Positions 9,779-18,988 of a DNA stretch of 64,000 nucleotides are shown piece by piece. Each line of letters starts with the position of its first letter. Position 1 is the stretch's first letter. The position numbers were made by a program, and so were the translations under genes. This DNA comes from Syntrophobacterales bacterium (GTDB taxonomy: Bacteria > Desulfobacterota > Syntrophobacteria > BM002), in assembly GCA_050124835.1 (NCBI GenBank), contig JASFEM010000006.1, positions 6,110-70,109 of the forward strand, given 5' to 3'. The notes under the pieces were generated by a model. That model saw only the letters and a program-made list of their open reading frames with translations, was not told the origin of the DNA and did no database searches.

Positions 9779-11779
9779 TTAATCTGCCACCAGGATAAGG
9801 CTACATGAATCAACCGTGCTAAGATTGCTGCCCGGTTCAGGATTCTGTCCCACCACCCGGCCGCAGCCGTGAATGTCTAAGGAGCCAGTAAAATTTCGCA
9901 GCTTGTCAAGAGCAGCTCTAAGGCTGAGCCCAGTGAGGTCAGGCATCGCCAGCTTATGGTCGCTGTCTATCTGGTCATACGCTACCGGCTGTAGAGCCGT
10001 CAGCCGTTTTTGCATTTGGGGGTCGGTGCTGTCCCGCCCTGCAATGCTCTTGGCCTTGTTCTTAATCTTTTCGGGAGGTAGCTGGAGGGCGTGAAGAGTT
10101 TGCTGGGCGATACGACGAAAAGCAGGTGCTGCCACCACACCACCGTGGAACCCCTTTTGAGGTTCGTTGATCACCACAACAACAAGGATTTTTGGATCCG
10201 TCACAGGTACAAAACCAACAAAGGAAGCGGTGTAAAGATCCTCCGAGTATCCACCACTCTGTCGATTGCTTCTCTGGGCAGTTCCGGTCTTGCCAGCCAC
10301 CTGATATTGCGCGAGCGCGGCCTTAGCGCCTGTACCTCCTGGGGAGATAACATCAGCTAGCAGCTGCTTCATACGTTGGGCGGTGTCCGCACTGATCACA
10401 CGACGAACCACCCGGGACTTGTTCCGCCCGACGACTTTACCTCGCGCGTCCAGCACTTCTTTAACGAGCAAAGGTTGCATCAGAAGGCCATCGTTGGCCA
10501 CAACACCTAGGGCGGTGGCGAGTTGTATGGCGGATACTGAAAGGCTTTGTCCAAAACTGGCGGCGGCAAGGTCCACGGTTGACCACTGCTCAGGAGGACG
10601 GATCAAGCCGGAGGTTTCACCCGGCAAGCCAATACCGGTGGCTTTGCCGAAGCCGAAGGAGCGAATGTAGTGGTAAAAACGGTTCGAACCCAATTTTTCC
10701 CCAACTTTGGCAGCGCCAATGTTACTGGAATAACGAAGGATATGAGCTAGAGAGAGCCAGCCAAATTTACGCAGATCATGGATCGTGTGGTTCAGCACCC
10801 GGTAACTGCCCTGCTCGCAGAAAAACAGGTCATCTGGATGAACCAATTTCTCTTCCAAAGCTGCCGCCACCAGAAATATCTTGAAGGTGGACCCCGGTTC
10901 AAAAGCATCAGTCACTGCACGGTTTCGCCAAGAGGAGGGGCGATAAGAGGAAAAAGAATTGGGGTTGAATGACGGAAAAACTGCCATGGCCAGAATCTCG
11001 CCCGATTCCGGTTCCATCACTATAGCGGTACCGCTTTTCGCCTGGTGACTGCGTACTGTCTCCTGCAGTTCCCTTTCCGCGATGTACTGGATACGTTTGT
11101 CCAGGGTGAGTCTGAGGCTGTACCCCTGGGGATCGGATTCGGCAGGCAGCCCCTGGGTGTAAATTATTTGACCTCGCGCGTCCTTGGTTCCGGGATGAGT
11201 GTCAGAATTGCCGCGCAATAGAAGATCCATGGAAGTTTCCAATCCCTCGAGACCGTGATGTTCTCTGCCAACGAATCCGATTACGTGGCCCGCGAGTTCT
11301 ACATTCGGGTAATAACGGCGGTCCTCTTTGACAAAGTGGATTCCCTCGAGATCAAGCGCCCTAACCTCATCGACCTGTCGAGGAGTGAGGTAGTGTTTTA
11401 GCCAGACGAAAGCTCGAGGCTGACTCAACTTTTCTACCAGTTTCGGAACAGGGACCTTGATGGCAGCAGTGAGTTGTCGAGCCGTGGCTGCGGGATTCTT
11501 TATGACTCGCGGGTTGGCGGCCAGGGATTCCATCTCAATGCTTACAGCCAACTCTTGCCCGTTTCGGTCGTATATATCTCCTCGCTTTGGCTCAAAGAGG
11601 AGACTTCTCCTGATCTGGTTGTTGGCAACGCTTGACCAACCCTCCGATTGAAAAAACTGAATCTGGAAGCTCCTGGCTATCAGTAGCGCGAAGCCCACGA
11701 GCAGCCCCCCAGCCACTAGAATGACCCGGAGCTTGATCCAGCGAACCTCAGGATTGTGAGAGCGGGGCTTAGGTGTCAT
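9779..11779 (-). CDS. ftsI: Class B penicillin-binding protein FtsI/PBP3 with C-terminal PASTA-like domain
   Basis: RGDIYDRNG, RYYP, GLEGLE, EPGSTFK (SxxK), YSSN (SxN), GKTGTAQ (KTG); C-terminal MPDLTGLSLRAAL. Confidence 0.95.
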   Translation of the reverse strand: MTPKPRSHNPEVRWIKLRVILVAGGLLVGFALLIARSFQIQFFQSEGWSSVANNQIRRSLLFEPKRGDIYDRNGQELAVSIEMESLAANPRVIKNPAATARQLTAAIKVPVPKLVEKLSQPRAFVWLKHYLTPRQVDEVRALDLEGIHFVKEDRRYYPNVELAGHVIGFVGREHHGLEGLETSMDLLLRGNSDTHPGTKDARGQIIYTQGLPAESDPQGYSLRLTLDKRIQYIAERELQETVRSHQAKSGTAIVMEPESGEILAMAVFPSFNPNSFSSYRPSSWRNRAVTDAFEPGSTFKIFLVAAALEEKLVHPDDLFFCEQGSYRVLNHTIHDLRKFGWLSLAHILRYSSNIGAAKVGEKLGSNRFYHYIRSFGFGKATGIGLPGETSGLIRPPEQWSTVDLAAASFGQSLSVSAIQLATALGVVANDGLLMQPLLVKEVLDARGKVVGRNKSRVVRRVISADTAQRMKQLLADVISPGGTGAKAALAQYQVAGKTGTAQRSNRQSGGYSEDLYTASFVGFVPVTDPKILVVVVINEPQKGFHGGVVAAPAFRRIAQQTLHALQLPPEKIKNKAKSIAGRDSTDPQMQKRLTALQPVAYDQIDSDHKLAMPDLTGLSLRAALDKLRNFTGSLDIHGCGRVVGQNPEPGSNLSTVDSCSLILVAD

Positions 11780-12096
11780 GGCAGCACTACAATTTGCTCC
11801 TTGGTTGGGTGCCTTAGGCCCAGCTGTTGGATGGCAATGCGCTCCACGCGCTCAGGGGCCTTAAGTCTGGCCAGCTCCAAGTGCAGCTTCTTGTTATCAT
11901 TCAACAATTGGGTGTGTATCCGGTGAACGTCGGACAGCAAATAGCCCAAATGAACGACCTGAACCCGGCACCAGACATAGCCAAAACCACTCAAGAGAAG
12001 CCATACAAAAACGGCCACGGTTGCGAATATCCGGCGATTTTTCAAGGCCTGCTTTGCAGACTTACTGGCTGTCTTTTTTCTTGGTTTCTTGCTCAT
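11776..12096 (-). CDS. ftsL: Cell division protein FtsL
   Basis: Basic N-terminus, one TM helix, coiled coil ending RVERIAIQQLGL; lies between rsmH and ftsI. Confidence 0.88.
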   Translation of the reverse strand: MSKKPRKKTASKSAKQALKNRRIFATVAVFVWLLLSGFGYVWCRVQVVHLGYLLSDVHRIHTQLLNDNKKLHLELARLKAPERVERIAIQQLGLRHPTKEQIVVLP

Positions 12097-13045
12097 TTAT
12101 CTTTTCCACCACCCGCAAACGGCCACTTCTGGCTCTAGGATTTACCTTTATCTCATCAGCCCCTGGCAGCACGGGCCTTTTGCGAATCAACCGAGCCAGG
12201 GCCTTTCTTTCACAACTACAAACCGGCGAGTCTGTCGGGCAGCGGCATGAACGCGCCCAGCTGGCGAAAGTCTGCTTCACCAGCCGATCCTCCAGGGAAT
12301 GAAAAGAGATGATAGCCAGCCGACCACCTGGCCGGAGCCAATCAAGAGCTTCCTGGAGGAAGGCCCGCAGATTATCAATTTCCCGATTCACTGCCAGCCG
12401 TAAGGCCTGAAAAGTGCGAGTGGCCGGATGGATTTTTCGTGACCTTTTGCCTGGTGGAACGGCAGCGACTACCAGCTTGGCTAAACGCTCAGTCGTGTCA
12501 ATAGTCGCTTCAGCCCTGGCCCTGACAATGTTTCGGGCAATTCTCCGACTCCAGCGCTCTTCTCCTAAACACCGGATGAGCTCAGCCAGTTCCTTCTCAC
12601 TCAGGTTGTTAACCAGTTCGGCAGCGGTGGTCCTACCACTGGTATTCATGCGCATGTCCAGCGGACCAGACTGGCTGAAGCTAAAGCCTCGTTCGGCTGC
12701 ATCCACCTGGAAAGAAGATAAACCTAAATCGAGGAGGATGCCGTCCACCGCTTGGACCTGCAGCCTGCGTAGAATTGATCCCATTCGGGCGTAGTTGTCA
12801 CAAACCAAAACGAGCCGTTCCGAATAGGATTGCAGGTTTAGCCGCGCCTGGCTCAGGGCATTTTCGTCCCAGTCGATACCGATTAATCGGCCATCGGGCG
12901 CGGTCTTTTCCAAGATGGCCCGGGCGTGACCACCACCGCCCAAGGTGCCATCCACATAATGTTTTCCAGGGGCGCAGCGCAAAAGCTCGACCACTTCAAA
13001 AAGAAGAACCGGCTTGTGCTCAAGCTGCTTGGCTGCGCTCATCAC
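12062..13045 (-). CDS. rsmH: 16S rRNA m4C1402 methyltransferase RsmH (MraW)
   Basis: HKPVL, YVDGTLGGGGH, DLGLSSFQ, PLDMRM, HPATRTFQALR, ISFHSLEDR, NPRARS motifs. Confidence 0.98.
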   Translation of the reverse strand: MMSAAKQLEHKPVLLFEVVELLRCAPGKHYVDGTLGGGGHARAILEKTAPDGRLIGIDWDENALSQARLNLQSYSERLVLVCDNYARMGSILRRLQVQAVDGILLDLGLSSFQVDAAERGFSFSQSGPLDMRMNTSGRTTAAELVNNLSEKELAELIRCLGEERWSRRIARNIVRARAEATIDTTERLAKLVVAAVPPGKRSRKIHPATRTFQALRLAVNREIDNLRAFLQEALDWLRPGGRLAIISFHSLEDRLVKQTFASWARSCRCPTDSPVCSCERKALARLIRKRPVLPGADEIKVNPRARSGRLRVVEKINEQETKKKDSQ

Positions 13046-13198
13046 CGGACAAAGTCATCCCAAATTTGATCCCGCATCAGACAATGTGATGTGGGGATTA
13101 CTTACAGATTACCTTGGAAAACCCAGTAGGGCCGTTTCAGACATTATCCGCCGTTGGCAGTTACTTCGGCGGAGCTATGACGGCTCAGCCCATTGGAC

Positions 13199-13349
13199 TG
13201 ACGCGGGGACGGGGAGAAGCGGCAACGTAGAGTAGAATTGGTCTGCGCTGTTCATATGTTTTGATCCGTGATGCCCCAAATGTCTTTGCCCACCATTGGT
13301 TTTTGGGTTAAGGTTAACTCTGTTACCGCTTCTCCGCGTCCCCGCGTCA
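13199..13349. repeat. MITE-like element: 28-bp inverted arms (2 mismatches) built from octamers, 95-bp core
   Basis: TGACGCGGGGACGGGGAGAAGCGGCAAC (13199-226) versus reverse complement of 13322-349. Confidence 0.85.
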
Positions 13350-13448
13350 TGAAGGGGTAGAGGGAGGATCACAATGCTACCTCCCTTCCAGCCGCTTTAA
13401 AATCAATGACTAAAATTTGAAATTGTGTTAGTGTCATTTTCCCTGTTC

Positions 13449-13889
13449 TTAGATACCGAGCTCGGCGAGGGTCGAAGTGATCTGGGAGAAGTTTTCGTGG
13501 GATCTTTTTATTTCGTCATCCCACATTGGCTTGCTCCAGATTTCAAAACTTTTAACCATGCCGGCCAGTACCACTTCACGCTCAAGTGAAGCGTGTTCTC
13601 GCAGGGTCGGAGGAATCAAAACTCTTCCCTGCTTATCAAAGTTGCACTCAATGGCGCCGGAAATGAAAAAGCGCTGAAACGCCTTAACGTCCTGGCGAAC
13701 TAATGAGAGCTCTCCTAATTTTTCTTCGATTTTTTCCCACTCTTGAAGGGGATAGGCAATCAGGCAGCGGTCGTAATTGGTGATGATAAAACGGTCATTG
13801 TAGAGGCTCTTGAGGATCTCCCGAAACCGTGAAGGAATGCGGATACGTCCCTTGGCATCCAGGGTATGTACTGAACGGCCCCTGAACAT
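13449..13889 (-). CDS. mraZ: Division/cell-wall cluster transcriptional repressor MraZ
   Basis: MFRG...LDAKGRIRIP and DKQGRVLIP duplicated AbrB-like motifs; first gene of the dcw cluster. Confidence 0.96.
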   Translation of the reverse strand: MFRGRSVHTLDAKGRIRIPSRFREILKSLYNDRFIITNYDRCLIAYPLQEWEKIEEKLGELSLVRQDVKAFQRFFISGAIECNFDKQGRVLIPPTLREHASLEREVVLAGMVKSFEIWSKPMWDDEIKRSHENFSQITSTLAELGI

Positions 13890-13915
13890 GCACACCCCAT
13901 AAAGTTATTGGATTG

Positions 13916-13980
13916 ACACTTTTGACCACTTATTACCACTTCTTGACACCACTTATACAGATGCCACCACAAAAAGTCAA
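13916..13980 (-). promoter_or_regulatory. dcw promoter (TTGACT-N17-TATAAG) with MraZ-type GTGG direct repeats
   Basis: Minus strand -35 at 13975-13980, -10 at 13952-13957; AGTGG/AGTGT boxes at 13949-53, 13936-40, 13926-30, 13916-20, the last three at 10-nt period. Confidence 0.75.
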
Positions 13981-14115
13981 TAAAAAAACAAAATCAACGG
14001 ATTAGAGCAGCTTTCCCGCCACACCACAGCCTCGACTTGATATCAATATATAGAATAATCAGCCCATAAACAACTACATTATGTGGCAATTGCCCCATCG
14101 TAGGTCTAATAAATT

Positions 14116-15147
14116 TTATCGCCTTTTCTGGTGGCGCAAAACCGCAGCGTTATGTTCGGCCAAGGTGGCGGAAAAATGATGAGTGCCGTCCTTTTTGGCG
14201 ACAAAATAGAGATAGGGGGTGGGGGTGGGATTTAGTGCCGCCTCGATTGAAGCCGCTCCAGGGTTGCAGATAGGCCCGGCGGGTAAGCCCTGGCGGGTGT
14301 AGGTGTTGTAAGGTGAGTCTGTGTTGAGGTGGACTCTGGTGAGATTGCCATCGAAATCTTTGATTCCGTAAATTACAGTCGGATCACTTTGTAGTCGGAT
14401 CCGTCGTCTGAGTCGGTTCATGAAAACGCCGGCAATCAATGGGCGCTCGGCCGCTACGGCGGTCTCTTTTTCCACCACTGAGGCGAGGATGACCACCTGG
14501 TGGCGAGTGTAACCTAGTTGGCGGGCCTGATCTTCCTGGGCGGGGCCGAAATGTTCGCTGAATCTAGCCACCATGGAACGCACAATGCTCTCTGCGGTCA
14601 GTCCTCGAGCAAACCGATAGGTGTCCGGAAATAGGTAGCCTTCCAAACTGGAGGCCTGAATACCTAGCTGGTGGACGAAATCTGCGTCGGTTGCTGCTGC
14701 GATGAACAGATCAGCGTTGGCCAAATCTTGAGCTGCGAGGAGTTGGGCCATCTGCCTTATGGTATACCCCTCGGGAAATGTGATCTGACGAAGGATAATT
14801 TCCCCGCGGACCAATTTGTCGAGAAGTTCCATAGGGCGCAGACCGGTTGAAAGTTGGTACTCACCAGCCTTAATTTGATTGGCGGCTCCTTTGAGCCTGG
14901 CCAGCCAGCGAAATTTCACAGCATTACGGACCACTCCCTTTTCTTCCAGCATAACCGTCAGAGCCGGAAGCGACGTGCCCATAGGGACCTCTACTATCAC
15001 TTCCACGGGATCAGAACTGGCAGGAGTTCGGAGAAAATAGAGTAGATCTACTGACACCCAGACCAGGACCAGGAAGATGGGAATCAATAACCACGCGAGG
15101 TAGCGAAATTTCCTCTTGCTTTGACTAGCTGGTTTTACGCTGTCCAT
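14116..15147 (-). CDS. mltG: Endolytic transglycosylase MltG (YceG family)
   Basis: N-terminal TM, LEGYLFPDTY, LASVVEKET, LQSDPTVIYG, SPYNTY, GLPAGPICNPG, YLYFVA. Confidence 0.95.
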   Translation of the reverse strand: MDSVKPASQSKRKFRYLAWLLIPIFLVLVWVSVDLLYFLRTPASSDPVEVIVEVPMGTSLPALTVMLEEKGVVRNAVKFRWLARLKGAANQIKAGEYQLSTGLRPMELLDKLVRGEIILRQITFPEGYTIRQMAQLLAAQDLANADLFIAAATDADFVHQLGIQASSLEGYLFPDTYRFARGLTAESIVRSMVARFSEHFGPAQEDQARQLGYTRHQVVILASVVEKETAVAAERPLIAGVFMNRLRRRIRLQSDPTVIYGIKDFDGNLTRVHLNTDSPYNTYTRQGLPAGPICNPGAASIEAALNPTPTPYLYFVAKKDGTHHFSATLAEHNAAVLRHQKRR

Positions 15148-15195
15148 TTTCCTTCCCGGCTATCAACGTTCAGCTGGTGGGCATTGTCCAATCTT

Positions 15196-15485
15196 GGTAA
15201 ACGGTGAACAGTGAACGGTGAACAGTGAACGGTAAACGAAACAGATACCCATTTTTTAAATCCGAAATCCGCAATCCGCAATCCCAAATCCGCAATCCCC
15301 AGCACTAAATGCCTAAAACATACTGAAGTCTGCAATCTACAGTCTCCATTCTGCCCTCTGCTTCTGATCTCCGACCTCCGACTTCTGACCTCTTTCTGCT
15401 GCCCGCTGCAAGCTGCCTGCTGTCTTTTGCCCCAAGGCAGAAACTTTTTTCGCCGCGTCTCCTTATCACCGTGTCCCCGCGTCGT
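15196..15485. repeat. Composite cassette of several short-unit arrays
   Basis: (RGTGAAC)x6, linker, (TCCGCAA)x5, then CTGACYT, GCTGC and octamer modules. Confidence 0.85.
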
Positions 15486-15506
15486 TAAGTGCTGCCGAAC
15501 CGCCAT

Positions 15507-16298
15507 TCATATATCTCCAACGCTAACCCGCTGGGATAAAAGCTGATAGATATCTAACCCTGCTGCGGCGAACCCTTTGAGACCGTAGACCATATTGGCC
15601 TCTAATACCAGATATTCGCCTTTGCAGTAGCAAAGATCAAGCCCAACCTCATCGAACTTACAAAGGCGGGCCACCTTTTCAGCTAAACGTAATGCGGTGG
15701 AGGGAATATCCTGTAGCGAAATGCGCCCACCGAGGGACACATTTGTTCGGAATTCTCCGGGCCTGGCAATTCGCCAGTAGGCGTGTACCACCTTCGCTCC
15801 CAGCAAAACTATTCTTAGATCCCGGTCAATGGGAAGATATTCCTGTATATAGGCGGGGGAGCACTTTTTAAGGTAACTTTGGAGGTCTCCCTGTGTTCGG
15901 ATTAGAAAAACGCCTCTACCCTTTGAAGAACCTCTGGGAATTTTGGCGATAAAAGGGAAGGGAAAATCAGTGGGGATTTGATGTGTCTCCTGGCTGGAGC
16001 CGTACATCCGGGTACGGGGGTGTGGGATATCGAGCAAAGTGAAGAGCTCTGTCTGTTTGATTTTGTCGCCCATATAGCGGTAGTAATTTGCTGGGAAGAC
16101 CCGTTTGCCCAGCGAGAGGAAGACGTCTTCGTAGAGACTAGTTGGATAATAGATGGTACCTGCACTCCGGAGCAGCTCCAGTTCAGTCTCGCTGTAATCG
16201 TCAATATTGGGACGTAATCCCAGGCTTTGCACCAGGGGACTGTGTCGGAGTCTTTTTCCCAGGGCGATCTTTTTTTCAGTCATACCGCAATAGCGCAA
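15507..16298 (-). CDS. RimK/LysX-family ATP-grasp ligase
   Basis: FIAKIPRGSSKGRGVFLI, YIQEYLP, DLRIV, FRTNVSLGG, GLDL, LEAN motifs. Confidence 0.8.
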   Translation of the reverse strand: MRYCGMTEKKIALGKRLRHSPLVQSLGLRPNIDDYSETELELLRSAGTIYYPTSLYEDVFLSLGKRVFPANYYRYMGDKIKQTELFTLLDIPHPRTRMYGSSQETHQIPTDFPFPFIAKIPRGSSKGRGVFLIRTQGDLQSYLKKCSPAYIQEYLPIDRDLRIVLLGAKVVHAYWRIARPGEFRTNVSLGGRISLQDIPSTALRLAEKVARLCKFDEVGLDLCYCKGEYLVLEANMVYGLKGFAAAGLDIYQLLSQRVSVGDI

Positions 16299-16446
16299 AG
16301 CGCATAGCGTTTTTTTATTCAGTCAGAATGACAACCAATACGTCATCTAGGAGCAACCTCCCGATTGCAATGAGAGATCTTGAGATCAGCTTTTATCGCA
16401 AGCAGAGCTTACTCCTAGAATAATTTTTTACCAAGAAAAAACCTGA

Positions 16447-17562
16447 CTACTTGATCACTTCCTCCAGCGGCTTATAAGGATAACCCAGATCCTGGGCCAC
16501 GGTCGCGTGGGTCACATGGTTGCGATAGATGTTTATCCCCTTTGCTAAGGCAGGATCAGCGGCGACAGACTCTTTGATTCCTAGGTTAGCAATTTTGAGG
16601 GCGTAAGTGATGGTCACATTGGTCAGGGCGAAGGTACTGGTTCTTGGAACAGCGCCGGGCATGTTGGCCACGCAATAGTGGATGACTTCATTCACCTTGA
16701 AAACGGGCTGGTCGTGGGTGGTGGGGCGGCATGTATCACAACACCCTCCTTGATCCACCGCCACGTCCACAATCACAGTACCTGGTTTCATCTGCCCGAT
16801 CATATCGCCACTAATTAGGTTGGGGGCACGACCACCTGGAACCAAAACTGCACCGACTACAAGGTGAGACTCCCGCACTGAGCTCTCGATGGTGTCAGGG
16901 TTGGAAATTAGGGTAGTGATGGCGGAACCGAAAATATCATCCAAGGCCATTAGGCGAGCCTGGTTGATGTCGATTATGGTAACCCTGGCCCCCATACCCA
17001 CGGCAATCTTTGCTGAGTTGGTGCCAACCACCCCACCACCGAGGATGGTGACCTGACCGCGGTACACCCCCGGGACACCCCCGAGAAGCACGCCGCGACC
17101 GCCCGCGGTTTTCTCCAGATAATGGGCGCCCACCTGAACCGCCATGCGCCCGGCAATCTCACTCATGGGTGTGAGAAGAGGCAGAGAGCCGTCGGCAGTT
17201 TGTATCGTCTCGTAGGCAATAGCGATAATGTCTTTGTCCAGGAGAACTCGCGTCAGCTCCGGCGCAGGAGCCAGATGCAGATAGGTGTAAATTGCCTGGC
17301 CGGATCTCAGCAAGTCATACTCGGGTGGCAGGGGTTCTTTGACTTTCATCACCAGCTCTGCCTCACCATAGACTTCGGCGGCTGAGCCTACCAGATGGGC
17401 ACCAGCAGCCTCGAATTCCCGGTCCGTGATGCCTGCGCCCTCACCCGCACCCTGTTCAACCAGCACGCGGTGGCCGGAGTTGGCCAGAAGACGTACACCA
17501 ACTGGAACGACTCCCACACGATACTCCTCCGTTTTTATCTCTTTGGGCACTCCTATGATCAT
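16447..17562 (-). CDS. ald: Alanine dehydrogenase
   Basis: MIIGVPKEIK, KVKEP, PMSEIAGR, GGVLLGGVPG, DVAVDQGGC, HYCVANMPGAVPRTSTFAL. Confidence 0.97.
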   Translation of the reverse strand: MIIGVPKEIKTEEYRVGVVPVGVRLLANSGHRVLVEQGAGEGAGITDREFEAAGAHLVGSAAEVYGEAELVMKVKEPLPPEYDLLRSGQAIYTYLHLAPAPELTRVLLDKDIIAIAYETIQTADGSLPLLTPMSEIAGRMAVQVGAHYLEKTAGGRGVLLGGVPGVYRGQVTILGGGVVGTNSAKIAVGMGARVTIIDINQARLMALDDIFGSAITTLISNPDTIESSVRESHLVVGAVLVPGGRAPNLISGDMIGQMKPGTVIVDVAVDQGGCCDTCRPTTHDQPVFKVNEVIHYCVANMPGAVPRTSTFALTNVTITYALKIANLGIKESVAADPALAKGINIYRNHVTHATVAQDLGYPYKPLEEVIK

Positions 17563-17577
17563 GAACGACCTCCCTCA

Positions 17578-17680
17578 GTCATTGGTCATTTGACATTTCT
17601 CATCTGGCATTGATCATTGGGCTTCAAATATTAAATGCTCAATGTGAAATGCTCAATGCGAAATGTGAAATGATAAATGT
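17578..17680. repeat. Inverted pair of heptamer arrays (nnCATTK / MAATGnn)
   Basis: Six left units and seven right units around a 13-nt spacer between ald and the DUF2156 gene. Confidence 0.8.
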
Positions 17681-18597
17681 TACGTCTTTCTCAGAATGAA
17701 CTTATTGGACATGTGGTCCGGATAATAGGAGAGCTTGGATTGCCGCAGCCCGGCTTCACCCAAATCCTGCTCCCGGTTGATATAAGTGAAATCGCTCCAA
17801 GCGTGTTGACAGAATTCCTGGTTTATCACGGCGTAGCTTCCGGAAAATTCTGGATTGGCCTTCTCAAGGTGAATCACGACGGTGTCGGGATTGAGGGGTT
17901 CTCCCAGACTGAATGCAACCACCCTGCCATCCACCAGGATCACACCGCCATGACAGTCAAGTTCGTCAAAGTGGATCAAGGCCTCGCGGATGGCCTGTTC
18001 TTCGTTGAGAAGCGCCGGATTTTCAGCACAGCTGCGCAAACGACACCACTCCTCTTCCAGTCCTAGACTGGCTTCTATATACTCCTTACTGAGATGTTCG
18101 TACGTGTAGGAATAGCGAGTTCTGAATTGGTTCAGATGGTTACGCTTCCGATGGTATTTCCGTCCGCTCAAATTGATGAGCGATTCGGTGCGGTAGACAT
18201 AATCGCTGTTGGCAGGGTCCTGTTCAACAGCGAGTGAAAGAGCTTCACCGTAGCGTTGTGCCAAAATCTCGGGAACCCGGTGGATTTGGGGTTTGGGTGT
18301 CAGTTGGCTCAAAAAATCAAACAGCATGCGAAAAGAAGGGGTTAGATCATGCGGACCAACCGGTGGCAAACCGAAGGGCAGCCCCTCAGCGTTTTCCCCG
18401 GTAATCAGCAAGGAGTCAGCGCCAAGGCACCACTGGTATTTATAATGGTGCCGCCACATGAACAGATTGGTGAAGGTTAGTTCTGAGGTAACCGGTGGTT
18501 GTCTGCTAAAAAAGGAGGTAATCTGGCCCCGGTCTTCTAGGCTCAACGGCTTAAAATCAGGATAGTGTGGCGTTGACTGCATGCAGTTCCAGATCAA
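17680..18597 (-). CDS. DUF2156 / phosphatidylglycerol lysyltransferase C-terminal-like domain protein (soluble)
   Basis: SELTFTNLFMW, DYVY...L.GRKYHRKRNHLNQF, VIHLEKAN, YINREQDLG..GLRQSKLSYYP, typical of this family. Start may be ATG 18582. Confidence 0.8.
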   Translation of the reverse strand: MIWNCMQSTPHYPDFKPLSLEDRGQITSFFSRQPPVTSELTFTNLFMWRHHYKYQWCLGADSLLITGENAEGLPFGLPPVGPHDLTPSFRMLFDFLSQLTPKPQIHRVPEILAQRYGEALSLAVEQDPANSDYVYRTESLINLSGRKYHRKRNHLNQFRTRYSYTYEHLSKEYIEASLGLEEEWCRLRSCAENPALLNEEQAIREALIHFDELDCHGGVILVDGRVVAFSLGEPLNPDTVVIHLEKANPEFSGSYAVINQEFCQHAWSDFTYINREQDLGEAGLRQSKLSYYPDHMSNKFILRKT

Positions 18598-18839
18598 GTC
18601 ACCTAGACTGGCTGTTTAAGATTTGTTTTGTTTAGTAATTAGACCTGAGGCAGAGGATCCAAGAGCCGAAATCCGAAGTACGAAATTCGAAACAAAAGGA
18701 CGTTTTGACTATGTCATATCCCGGATAGGGAGTCAACGTTACAAGATTTTTCTTGACATGGCAAACTCTCCATGATTTAAGTAAACATTTTAAGAAGTAC
18801 TGGGTTCATCATTCCAATTAATAACGGGGGGACAGTGCA

Positions 18840-18968
18840 ATGATAAAGAGCCCTTGCGTAGGTTGTGAGTTGGTCAGCGAGGATAAAAACAAGTGCCTTG
18901 AGAACTGTGATAAGCTCAAGGAATACCAGGAGATTATCCTCAAACAGGGAATCTATGCCAAGATATAG
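18840..18968 (+). CDS. Small Cys-rich hypothetical protein (42 aa), below ORF-track cutoff
   Basis: MIKSPCVGCELVSEDKNKCLENCDKLKEYQEIILKQGIYAKI; G-rich SD (GGGGGAC) upstream, TTGACA at 18753-58, strong terminator directly after. Confidence 0.65.
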   Translation: MIKSPCVGCELVSEDKNKCLENCDKLKEYQEIILKQGIYAKI

Positions 18969-18988
18969 TGAGACTCTCACACCTGAGC

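Noticed and set aside
15196-15300. CRISPR-like or TIGR-like array
   Set aside because: Units are 7 nt and contiguous, with no unique spacers, no 23-50 nt constant repeat and no cas or nuclease gene nearby.
15135-15506. 123-aa ORF with repetitive peptide (IADLGLRIADFGF, FTVHCSPFTVHR)
   Set aside because: It is the translation of the repeat cassette; no start context or domain. The same applies to 23423-23827 and 31869-32219.
15507-16298. ATP-grasp protein as the missing Ddl
   Set aside because: Motifs (RTNVSLGG, GLDL, LEAN) are RimK/LysX type, not Ddl (no GGxSxE, HG..GEDG or EINT.PG).
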